From positions 1 to 64,000 of the forward strand of contig CAWCXJ010000009.1 of NCBI GenBank assembly GCA_963799485.1: a stretch of 64,000 nucleotides of DNA, written 5' to 3'. Shown here in pieces: positions 20,039-29,746 of this stretch (position 1 is the first letter of the stretch; every line of letters starts with the position of its first letter). The position numbers were made by a program, and so were the translations under genes. Source of the DNA: an uncultured Trueperaceae bacterium (GTDB lineage Bacteria > Deinococcota > Deinococci > Deinococcales > Trueperaceae). The notes beneath the pieces were generated by a model. The model ran no database searches and was not told the DNA's origin. It saw only the letters and a list, made by a program, of their open reading frames with translations.

Positions 20039-21034
20039 TTACCCTTCTAACCCAGTAGTCAGCTGTTGAACCAGACTTTCAGGTATACCCTTAATTTTTA
20101 AGGTATCATTTTCGGCATCGTACTGTACGCGCTCGCCTAACAAACTGGCATTGAAGGTAATCGACATCTCGTCGTTTCTTCCTGAGTATCTAACAAGTCT
20201 GCGAAGCCCACGTTTGTCAAGCAAAATTTCGTTATTGATTTGTTCGTCGCTTTTATTAACATGCTCAAGAAAGGCTTCTGAGTTAGCCTCATCAAGATAG
20301 CGCGAGAGCTCATTGAGATAGACGGGGGCGTTGTGTTCTAACCGATCTTCACAGTAGGAGTGAACACGGGATTTTAGTTCCTCCTCTTTTACAGTTCCTA
20401 GCTCATTCACCCGAGCAAATGACCTTACAATAGCGACAAGACCTGCTGTATCTTTCATTGAATCAGAGAATTCTTGAATTCCGACGAATCTTTTGAAATA
20501 CTCCGTTACGACCGTGTTGTGCCGACCCTTGACAAAAGAGACATACTTTTGAGCATTTCCGAGCTGCCACCTCGTTATGTCAATACTCGCAGCTAGATGG
20601 AGGTTGTCAAGTTCAAGATGATTGACGTCAAGCACGTCGAGGTGGCTGTTAAATGAAACGCCTTCGGTATCTTTCAACATAACAACCATAAATCGACGTT
20701 GATTGAATTGCTCAAACGTCACGAAAAGCACGTAGCCACCGGTCGCTAGCTGAGCTTTGACGATCTCATCACTTAGAATATTCATGGCAGTTTGAGTAAA
20801 CGAGACAAAGTGCGTTGCATCATCTAGGTAGCCCTTCAAAGGCGCACTAAAATGAGTAGGGCCGAAATTCCCATATGCTCGACCGGAACGTTTGCTGTAA
20901 AGGTCGGCGATTCGTACTATCAGTCTGCTAACTTTAGGCTCTACAAAGAGTTCATCCTCACGGAGCTGGACGGTAGCTGAGGTCTGATGTCGATCTTTTT
21001 GAAGTGAGTGGACGATAACGTTTTGGATGTTCAC
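20039..21034 (-). CDS. YejK/NdpA-family nucleoid-associated protein, copy 2
   Basis: Translation identical to 2520-3515. Confidence 0.8.
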   Translation of the reverse strand: MNIQNVIVHSLQKDRHQTSATVQLREDELFVEPKVSRLIVRIADLYSKRSGRAYGNFGPTHFSAPLKGYLDDATHFVSFTQTAMNILSDEIVKAQLATGGYVLFVTFEQFNQRRFMVVMLKDTEGVSFNSHLDVLDVNHLELDNLHLAASIDITRWQLGNAQKYVSFVKGRHNTVVTEYFKRFVGIQEFSDSMKDTAGLVAIVRSFARVNELGTVKEEELKSRVHSYCEDRLEHNAPVYLNELSRYLDEANSEAFLEHVNKSDEQINNEILLDKRGLRRLVRYSGRNDEMSITFNASLLGERVQYDAENDTLKIKGIPESLVQQLTTGLEG

Positions 21035-21074
21035 TTCAGGCCCGCAACCTTAAAATTAAAACAATGCATCTCAC

Positions 21075-24000
21075 CTATTCTTCCTCAAACCCAGCACTCG
21101 AGAACTTCAGCGTTCGGCTATTTTCCGTGACCGTCCGCACAACGTTCTCAGGCGCTCCCGTATCGAAGCGAGCCCGAATCTTGAGCACTAACTCCACTTC
21201 AGCTCCGGCAAGCCCGTTCAGATGCTGCACTACCGCGTCCCCGATGCTGTTGGCGTCCCTGATAAAGCGTGTAGGGTCAAGTCTGGCAGAGCCGTAAAAA
21301 CGCTTAAGCTGAACGTCTCGAGGTTGACTCGGGGGCGGCGTAGGCTCAGCTGCTCCATAGGTGGGTTCAGCAGCAGAAGTAGGGTTGACCGGAGTAGACT
21401 CAGCGATGACCCGCTCAGCTTCAAGCTGCTTCGTTGCCGCGTCCGGCTGAACCAGTAATCCTTTATTTAGATCAAGGGGCACATCACCTGTACGGAGGCC
21501 GATGTAACGTCCCTTCTCAGCGTCGTAACCATCCGCGTAGGCAAACGACTCGACCGACCAGGTAAGGAGCCTAAGTCCGTCTTTTACGGCCTCAAGTAAT
21601 ACCGTAGAGTCTCTAAGTCGGGGTAAATAGAGGTAGCTGGTAAAGTCTTCAGACAGCTGTTTGAGACCGACATGATCCCCACGCCAGAGCGGAATGGTGT
21701 CAAGCGCGCGTTTGAGGAGCGTACCGGCGAGCACAGTGATCAGATAGTCGTCGGCGCGCAGACGTTTGGCTGTGCGCACTACCAAACCCTCTTTAGCCGT
21801 CAGACGTACCTCCTCCCAGATAATCGGCCCTCGCGGGTCGGGTTGGCTGGGAATCAAGAGCCACTGATACGCTTCAGGAACACGTGAGACGAGCGTCTTC
21901 TCAGCGTCCGCTGCTTTAGTTTTCGCCTGATTGCGCTGGAAGGTATCGAGGTTGAGATTTTCCTGTTTCGCGTCGTCCTCAACCGAACGCCAAGCTAGAA
22001 ACGCACGAACTGCACCCTCGAGATCTCCGTACCGAGCAGCGTCTACAGCGAGAAAGACCAAGGTGTTTTTATAGGTACGTGCCCCACTACCCCGCGTCTC
22101 GAGGATGCTGGCCGCTTCGTGATGTGCCGGGCTTTCTTTGGCTCTAGCTGAGTGCGATATACCCGGCCCGAGGATGACCAGCGCCGCCCCCGGTTCGTTG
22201 GGCACATCACTGCTCGAGTCGGGCATCACATGGACGCGGGCAAAATCTGCTCGCGCCTTCGCTTCGGTTTGCAGGCGTTCACGTATCTCTTCAAACACTG
22301 CATCTTCAGAGAGTTCTCCGGCACGGTCTTGGGCGAGCCTCGAGACGCTCGGCTGCGTCGCGTACCAGTAGCGTTCGTTGTTGATATAGAGGTGCGTCGC
22401 CTGGTCGCTCAACCGACGCAGTGCGTCGCCAAAAGTCGAGACGGTTTCGCCCGGTTGTACGCACCCTAGTTTGACCGTTTCAGACGTTACGCCCTTGTTT
22501 TCCAAACGCAGGGTCGGTGCAGAACCCAAGTAGAGCGTCCGCGCTACCCGCCGACACGCCGAGTAGCGGCCCAAGTTCGGATATTCGCCGTCGAGCTTGA
22601 GCGGCAGTGAATCGGGGCCGTCTACGTCTTTTTCGAGTACCGGCAACCAGTTGTCTTCAAGGTAGCGTGTTAGTTCAGATTGAACAGGTGCCGCGTCGAT
22701 GGGAACCGTTGCAGGCAAGATCAGTAAGCTCTTGTCCTCGCGCTTCCAGAGTTCATGGATTACGGCTGCCATGAGCCGCAAGACGCCGCGCGTCCGCTGA
22801 AACTTTTCGAGTGATGACCAATCGGTGTAGAGCCGCTCGAACAGCTCGGGGTGAATCGGATAAGCTGCCCGCATCCGCCTTTCGTACTCGGCTTCGCGGG
22901 TTCCCGCCGGAAACTCGCCCGCATTGTCGCGGTACATGCTCATGCACGCTTTAATCACCGCGTCGCGCTGTGGGTATTGGTCGGGGTTCATTTCTTGAAA
23001 AAGCCGCCGCCGGACGATCTCGAAACTCTCGTCGCTGCTCGCTGGCCGCCACGCCGACTCGAGCCGTCCTATCGCATTTTTGAGCCGCTCTAAGGCCAGC
23101 TGTCCGCGTTCGCCGCCTACTTCGATATGTGAACCCGGTTGACCCTGCATATTTGAGTCACTCGAGGGAATGCTGACGATGAGCAGTGTGTTGGGTGCCG
23201 CCTTCGCCGCTTCGGTGAGCGTCTGGGCAAAAGTGAAGTGCGTTTCAAAACTGCCACCGGGCAGGTCGCTCTCGGTGTGCAGCTGCCGCGCGTAGGCCAC
23301 CCACTCGTCAATCAGGATGAGGCATGGGCCGTATTTGACAAAGAGTTGCCGGAGTGTGTCGCCGGGGTTCGTCGAGGTCTCGTCGGCTTCGCGGAGCATC
23401 TCAAAGCCTTCGCGCCGCCCAAGCTGATAGGCGATCTCACCCCAGAGCGTCCGCACGACCGTCCCGTCGGCTTTACGGCTCGGTTGCCCCGGTGAAATCT
23501 TGTTCCCGACCAACACGACCCGTTTGACGCCGCTCGGTTTTGCGCTGCCGACTTGTTCCAAGACCGGCTCGAGCCCCGGCAAATCGGTCAAGCTACGACC
23601 GGAAAACAGGTGATACAAGGCCAGCATCGAGTGCGTTTTCCCGCCGCCGAAGTTCGTCTGCAACTCGACCACCGGGTCGCCGCCCCGCCCCGACAGCCGT
23701 TTGATGGCGTTCGTCAGGAGACCTTTGAGCCCGTCTGTCAGGTAGGTGCGGCGGAAAAACTCGGTCGGCTCCATGTACTCGCTCGACGCGCCCTCGCCGA
23801 TAAAGACCTGCCACAAGTCGGCGGCAAATTCGGCCTGCCGAAAGGTGCCTTTCATCACGTCTTTGTGCGGGGTAATCAGCTCGCGCCACGGTTTTAGGGC
23901 GGTGTTGGGGGTGCCCTCGAGCGTGCTCACCCGGGCCACCTTGCGCGTCTCACGCCGCGCCTGCTCTTCGTAGACCGTCCGCCGCAGCTCTTGTTTGCTG

Positions 24001-24395
24001 CGCTCGACCTCGGTTGCTTGTTGACCGGCGCTGACCGCGTTCAAGAGCCGCACCATCGTGTCCAGACCTCGGTCGGTGTCGTCGCTGCTAAACGTCTTCT
24101 GATGCGCCCAATCGTTACGCACGACCCGCAGTTCACTGACATAGGTGCGCTCCGTATGCCCGAGCGTTTTGCGAAACACCTCGTTCCACTGCCCCCACAT
24201 CAAGACCAAGAGCGCGTGAACATCCATTTCGCTCTTGCCGTCCATAAACTCGTGCGTCTCGCGCAGCGTGCGGAGCGCCACCGTCGCCCACTCGTCGCCG
24301 TAAACCGCCCGCAACTCCCGCTCGACAAACGGCGTCAAGCCTTGTTTGAGGAGTTCTAACCCTTTGCCGATACGCTCAGCGTTCGAGACCGCCAT
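21075..24395 (-). CDS. Swt1-like HEPN + DUF499 ATPase, copy 2
   Basis: Intact ORF with a few substitutions relative to copy 1 (NTQ/NMQ, SYI/SHI, LEI/LKI, FLS/FSS). Confidence 0.9.
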   Translation of the reverse strand: MAVSNAERIGKGLELLKQGLTPFVERELRAVYGDEWATVALRTLRETHEFMDGKSEMDVHALLVLMWGQWNEVFRKTLGHTERTYVSELRVVRNDWAHQKTFSSDDTDRGLDTMVRLLNAVSAGQQATEVERSKQELRRTVYEEQARRETRKVARVSTLEGTPNTALKPWRELITPHKDVMKGTFRQAEFAADLWQVFIGEGASSEYMEPTEFFRRTYLTDGLKGLLTNAIKRLSGRGGDPVVELQTNFGGGKTHSMLALYHLFSGRSLTDLPGLEPVLEQVGSAKPSGVKRVVLVGNKISPGQPSRKADGTVVRTLWGEIAYQLGRREGFEMLREADETSTNPGDTLRQLFVKYGPCLILIDEWVAYARQLHTESDLPGGSFETHFTFAQTLTEAAKAAPNTLLIVSIPSSDSNMQGQPGSHIEVGGERGQLALERLKNAIGRLESAWRPASSDESFEIVRRRLFQEMNPDQYPQRDAVIKACMSMYRDNAGEFPAGTREAEYERRMRAAYPIHPELFERLYTDWSSLEKFQRTRGVLRLMAAVIHELWKREDKSLLILPATVPIDAAPVQSELTRYLEDNWLPVLEKDVDGPDSLPLKLDGEYPNLGRYSACRRVARTLYLGSAPTLRLENKGVTSETVKLGCVQPGETVSTFGDALRRLSDQATHLYINNERYWYATQPSVSRLAQDRAGELSEDAVFEEIRERLQTEAKARADFARVHVMPDSSSDVPNEPGAALVILGPGISHSARAKESPAHHEAASILETRGSGARTYKNTLVFLAVDAARYGDLEGAVRAFLAWRSVEDDAKQENLNLDTFQRNQAKTKAADAEKTLVSRVPEAYQWLLIPSQPDPRGPIIWEEVRLTAKEGLVVRTAKRLRADDYLITVLAGTLLKRALDTIPLWRGDHVGLKQLSEDFTSYLYLPRLRDSTVLLEAVKDGLRLLTWSVESFAYADGYDAEKGRYIGLRTGDVPLDLNKGLLVQPDAATKQLEAERVIAESTPVNPTSAAEPTYGAAEPTPPPSQPRDVQLKRFYGSARLDPTRFIRDANSIGDAVVQHLNGLAGAEVELVLKIRARFDTGAPENVVRTVTENSRTLKFSSAGFEEE

Positions 24396-27225
24396 TACTG
24401 ACCTCCAAAAGCACTGGGCTGCGACACCGCCGAGGGTTGCGGCAAGTTCGCCGCCAGCTTGGTCAGTTCCGGCCACACGCTCACCAGCGCGTTATACGCC
24501 AAAGCCTCCTGCGCCCATTTCTTGCGTTCGCACAAGCTGTAAAGCCGGTACGCCAAATCACGTGCAATCTCCGCCGTGCTGCCCAAAGCTGCCAGCAGCG
24601 CCGCCGCCTTCTCCTCACCGCCCTCTTCAAGCCGCTTGACGAGGTGCTGCGTCGCCTCCCAGATGTTCGTGTCGTCGTCTCTGCAGCGGGTCCCAGTCGG
24701 CGGGGAGTTCGCTGCGCCTCAGGAGCCGCACCCGGCCCGAACGCGAGTGCAAAATCCCGGCCTCGACCATGCCCGAAACCGAGGTGTTTTTCGCCTTCGA
24801 GAGCGTTTCCGCGTCGCCATACGGCCCCTCACCCATGCTGTACTGCTCGAACCACGAGAGCGCCCAGCGCGTATCCGGCCCGAACTCGCCCTCTTGCTCC
24901 GCCAGGACTTCATCCAACATCCCATTGATGATGGCGAGCGCCGCGCGTACCGGCATCGGTTTCCCGTCGGACTCCAAGACCTTGGCGTAGCGGCTGAAGA
25001 CCGCCATACCGGGGCCGATAGACGCTTGCGCCAGGTCTACCGGGGCGATGTTGCCCTGCTGAAGCTCGCGCAACGCTTGCGGCAGTTCGCGGCGCAGCGC
25101 GGTTAAGAATTCGCGGCGGGTGGCGGTGGGGGCGGTGTCGGGGCGGGGGCGGCAGACGAGGACGATGGAAGAGGCAAGCGCATTCGTTCCCCGTCCAATC
25201 ATTCGCTCAGCTACTCTCTGTTCTCATAGGCCACGTTCCGGTAATCTGAAATCCTGCGTCCATCAACCCAGTAAGCATCGTTTCCCAACCTGTCGAGGCA
25301 ACCGTAAGGCCGATGCCGCTGTCGTCTACCGCTTCAGATTCGGACTGTTTGAAGGCGTAGTAAACAGTCAGTGGAAAGTCCGAGTGCGCTGCTTCGCACA
25401 TCCGCTCAAAAGCCTGACCTAAACCCTTCTCGAAAAAGTCTTGAGCTTTCTTTTTGCTGCCATCAAAACGGTACGGCGTAGCAACCAGCTCTTGCGTTTT
25501 AGGAACAAGAAGTGTACTGAAGATGTCTTGGATAGAAACTGGAAAGTGAACGCCTCAACCAGACATAAAAGAAGTCAGATAAATCTGCGTAACCGATGTT
25601 GTCGTAATAAGGTGGGTCTGTCGAAATAACAACGTTCTGGACGCTGCCGCGTAACGCGGCAGCGTCCGCATTTTTTGCAATCCCTGCTTTTTGTGTGGGT
25701 AGAAATGTAATCGAATCTACTACTCGCTCGAGCAACATACTGATGTTGCCGCCGGATTCACTCAATGGGTTTGCTTCGGCATAATCCCAAACCATTGGAA
25801 TTGCTTGCCTAGCAAATGTTTCGCGTAAAGCTCCCCGGTCACTGCATCCAACTTGAGATAGATGACCAAAGATTGGCCCCTTTGCTTACCCCACACGCCA
25901 GATAAACCGCCACCGCATCCGCATACCCTTCGAGCCTCATCTCCACCAGCCTCGAGCCCCTCGCCTTCGGGTAGGTTGGTCTCGAGGGCGTCTTTAAGCA
26001 CTTTGTCTCTGGCTTCCTGCACCAAATCGCTAAAAGTCGTTAGCGCGACGAGTTGACGGGGCGTAAAAAGGTCGCCAAAGGTTCGCATTCCGTAATTCGG
26101 TGTTTTGAAGTCTCGAGGGTTACGGGGTAAATCGGCTTCGGGTTTCCAGACAGGTTTGGCCTCTGCCGCAATATCTGCCTGTTCTTGAGACGGTGCCACA
26201 TAGGTGCGGCCTCGGTTTCCCTCTGCCACAACTGCCATAAGCTGGGCGCTCATCCGTCCAGCTTTACCTTCTGCGCGGATGTGGTCTAAGGTGACGGGCG
26301 ACTCACACGCGACGCAGTGCGCCCCTTTTCGTCCTACGGTTCCTTCTGCTCTTGCACCTTCACCGCTCTTGATTTCAAAACTAATTTGTGGCGGCTTCTG
26401 ACTGTTGTCTATGACCGGCTCGGCGTAGGCTTCCTTGCCCTTTTTCGTAGATAATGACCATTTGTTCGTCAATGGCATCTGGGCTCCACAAGCAGGGTTT
26501 GGACATGTCACAGTGCGTACCCAAAGCCACGCAATCACCGTTGCTTCACCGCCATCCGGCAGTTTGGCCTTGGGGTAGAGGTGCCCGATGCGCTTTTCTG
26601 CCTCGTCGCGCATCCACTTGCCGTAAAAGCGCACGTCTTCGGCTAAACCTTTTGCGCCCGTCCACTCGCCGGATTTTACGGCGCGGGAACGGTACTCCGG
26701 GTTGATGGGGGCGCGTCCGGCAAACTTGGGCGGAATCTCAATCAGGGCTTTGTTGATTAACACCGCCACCGGGTTCAGGTCGCTGGCGTGCGCTTCCAGA
26801 CCAAGACGCTGCGCCTCTAGCGGGATGCTGCCACCACCGGCAAAGGGGTCGAGTACCGGCGGTGGGTTGCCGTCCGTCGAACGCATAATCTCAGCGCGGG
26901 CTTCGCCCAAGACCTTTTCGTTCGTCGTGTTCTCCCACTTCACCAGTTCTTCAATGAGCCTGAATAGCCGCTGGCGTTCTTCGTCCTGCGTGGTTTCGTC
27001 CGGAAATCTGTCCGGGTGGCTGCTGGGGTCGTCTACCAGGCTGGCAAACAGCACGGCGCGGCAGGCGGCTAAGGGGCGGCGTGCCCACCACAGGTGCAGG
27101 GTGCTGGGGTGGCCGTGGCGGATGGACTTTTCGCGGGCAGAGGCTTTGTTGATGGCCTCTAAGGGTAGCGCCACTTCGATGAGTTTGCGTTTGGGGGTGG
27201 GATTTGGCGTCGTGGGGGTGGTCAT
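24395..27225 (-). pseudogene. DUF1156 methyltransferase, copy 2 (five +1 insertions as assembled)
   Basis: +1 indels at ~24682, ~25208, ~25528, ~25844 and ~25930 relative to copy 1. The 5' end is intact where copy 1 is broken. Confidence 0.85.
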
Positions 27226-27376
27226 AAGGCTCCTGATTGCGTCTGATTTGCGTTTGGGATTGCGTCTTTGGTACGCAATAATTCTCTTGAAAAAGCCGTT
27301 CTGGACGCAACTTTTGCTTTTATTGCGTCTGAACATTGCGTTTTATTGCGTTTTAGTCTGTGCGGGTGATAGCGCA

Positions 27377-29026
27377 CTATGTACCCCGCTGCACATACCA
27401 CTTTGCAGCTTTGGTACGTCCGTCTACCCGAATTTTATGCTCTGCTTTCAGCTCTCTCAGCAGACTTTGCAGCTGGTTGCGGGTAAGTTCCGGCAAGACT
27501 TGGGTAAACTCGTCGAATTTGCTACCTTGCTTGTCGTTGTCCCTAATATGCTTGAACAAAAGTGCTTTGTGTGTTTCTTTATCCAACCCACGCTTGCGGG
27601 TGTAGACGCCCTTCTGACCTACAAAGCCGTAAAGTGCCCGCGACAGGATGTAACGCACACCCCGCCCACGGCTTCCTACCTTTTCGATGACGCCGGTTTC
27701 TACCAACCTAGCCAAGCGGGGTCTAAACGCCTCCGGAACGGGTTGGTCTTTGGCTAAGGTGTCCAGTACCAAAAAGTCTTCGGTCGAAAAGGTCTCGAGG
27801 CGTTCCCGCCCTACTTTTTCCAGAAAGCGCAAAAACGCCTCGTTTTGAATTTCTCCGTGCAGCGTCAGTGAAACTTGATAGTCGTCGGTGTCCCGGAAGT
27901 CGGGTTGGGGCTTGCTTTCAGTGATGCACGCTTTGACCATCAAATCCATACCCTGCCCCGAACGCTCGATAAGGTTGCACTTACCGAGTGCGTCGGCGAT
28001 GCGGCGGTTGCGCGGCTCTTGCCGCCACAAGATGTTGTCCAGCGTGATGCCGGTGGGTAGTCCGCCGGGGCTGACCACGACAAGCTTGCGCGGATACTGC
28101 CGCACAAAAACCGACCCTGCCCGCTGATAGTCGCGGTGGCCGATGGCGTTTAAGAGCGCTTCGCGCACGGCCCGCTCGTTAAAGGTCGGAATGTCATTGC
28201 GAAAGAGACCCGAATGGAACGACTGGATGTCGTTGCGCTTGTTGATAAGTTCCCATAGGGTGTCATGAACGCCTAAAAAACCTTCACGGAACTCGTGGCG
28301 TTCTTGAAAACCTATGGACGCTTCGCTCGAGCGGTACTCGAAGATGATTTCGGCCTGCGCGAGGTGCTTGCCGAGACCGCGGTGACTGCCTAGAAGCGCC
28401 AAGGCCGCGTAGGTGACGCTGCCGTCTCGGACGAGTTCGGCGTCCTCTAAAAGCTGCGCCGCTGACACCGTGAGTACGTCGGCCTTGCCGGTCTTTTCGT
28501 GCCAACGCTTACGGAACGCTTCGGTAGCGCGGGGCTCGAGGTCGTCGAGCGTAGCAGCTTCACAGATGGTTGCAGAAAAGTCGGGTACGGTTTCGGCAAA
28601 GATGCGCTTAAGCATGTCCTGGGTCATCGGTACGAGGCTTTCGCCTGCACGCATAAAGTAAGTGCCCTTGTAGGCTACAGGAACACCTAAAGGTCGTGCT
28701 GGAACATGAAAAACGACGACGCGCTTGTCTTCTACATCCAGCTCATCCGTTTCGATACGCAGGCCGAGCGTTTGTCCAACCTCGAGGTTTATTCGCTCGA
28801 TGTTCCTGAACGCCTGACTCCCGACAATCTCTCGTGGGCGCTTGTCCTTAACGCCGAGAATGAACTTGCCACCCCCTTCGTTTGCTAGCGCCACACAGTA
28901 TTGGATGAGTTTCTCTTTGCTGTAACTGTTTTGCGCTTCTTTGAACTCAAGCGTTTCGCCCTCTTTGGCCTCGAGCCAGATGTTGAGCTGCTCGAGCCGG
29001 TTTGGGGGCGGCGCTTGTTGGCTCAT
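27377..29026 (-). CDS. AlbA_2/Schlafen-HATPase-wHTH protein, copy 2
   Basis: Same translation as 9852-11501. Confidence 0.88.
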   Translation of the reverse strand: MSQQAPPPNRLEQLNIWLEAKEGETLEFKEAQNSYSKEKLIQYCVALANEGGGKFILGVKDKRPREIVGSQAFRNIERINLEVGQTLGLRIETDELDVEDKRVVVFHVPARPLGVPVAYKGTYFMRAGESLVPMTQDMLKRIFAETVPDFSATICEAATLDDLEPRATEAFRKRWHEKTGKADVLTVSAAQLLEDAELVRDGSVTYAALALLGSHRGLGKHLAQAEIIFEYRSSEASIGFQERHEFREGFLGVHDTLWELINKRNDIQSFHSGLFRNDIPTFNERAVREALLNAIGHRDYQRAGSVFVRQYPRKLVVVSPGGLPTGITLDNILWRQEPRNRRIADALGKCNLIERSGQGMDLMVKACITESKPQPDFRDTDDYQVSLTLHGEIQNEAFLRFLEKVGRERLETFSTEDFLVLDTLAKDQPVPEAFRPRLARLVETGVIEKVGSRGRGVRYILSRALYGFVGQKGVYTRKRGLDKETHKALLFKHIRDNDKQGSKFDEFTQVLPELTRNQLQSLLRELKAEHKIRVDGRTKAAKWYVQRGT

Positions 29027-29472
29027 GCTGCTTCCGTCAGGGTGTGCTGCAAGATGGGAGTGCGCCAGGTGGCGAGACCGGAACCGAAAAAGTCGCGGTC
29101 TTCTGTCCAGATGCCGGTATCCAGGGCGAGGGCCAAAGCGACGCTGGGCCAATCGTTAGGGTCGGCCGGAATACGTGCGCGGGCGGTGGCTTCAAGCTCG
29201 GCGTAAGCTTCCGCCGGAATGATGGCGAGACACGTCTTGAGGGTTATGGTCGCACCCGAGAGCAATGCTGTTTGTTCAGCAGACGAGAAGCCGCGCCGCT
29301 CGGCGATAACGCCTACCCGTTTGCGGAGTTCATGTTCGGTTTCAGACCACGCGGCTTCAGCCATAGCAAGCTCAAGGCGTTCATCTCCGAAAAGGGCCAG
29401 ACCGCGGGCGCGCAGCGCTTCAGCTACGGCGCTGCTGGCGTCTAGCACGAGCGGTAGCGGCGCGTCAGTCAC
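29023..29472 (-). CDS. PIN-domain toxin, copy 2
   Basis: Same translation as 11498-11947. Confidence 0.88.
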   Translation of the reverse strand: MTDAPLPLVLDASSAVAEALRARGLALFGDERLELAMAEAAWSETEHELRKRVGVIAERRGFSSAEQTALLSGATITLKTCLAIIPAEAYAELEATARARIPADPNDWPSVALALALDTGIWTEDRDFFGSGLATWRTPILQHTLTEAA

Positions 29473-29734
29473 GCCCTGCGTCTTCCCAGGCCGCCTCGAA
29501 CTCGTCGCGGGTCATGCCGGTGCGCTCCAAAATGCTCGCAATTGTCGCCTCGAGCCTGTCGGCGGCTTCTCTTGCCTTTGCTCTATCTTTCTGGGCAAGA
29601 GGCAGATAGAACCCCACGGGTTTGCCGTGCTTTTCGATAATGAGGGGTTTCGCTTCGTTGATCAGGGCCGTTGCGCGCGCCTTGAACTCGCGGACCCCGA
29701 CACGGCCTGCCGCCGTCTTTGTGTGGTTGCTCAT
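29465..29734 (-). CDS. Phd/YefM-like antitoxin, copy 2
   Basis: Same translation as 11940-12209. Confidence 0.8.
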   Translation of the reverse strand: MSNHTKTAAGRVGVREFKARATALINEAKPLIIEKHGKPVGFYLPLAQKDRAKAREAADRLEATIASILERTGMTRDEFEAAWEDAGRD

Positions 29735-29746
29735 GTAGTCACTTTA

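Noticed and set aside
26702..27757. Long antisense ORFs (351 aa here; 285 aa at 11694; 289 aa at 54703; 270 aa at 60190)
   Set aside because: They lie opposite well-supported genes in GC-rich DNA and carry no recognisable motifs.
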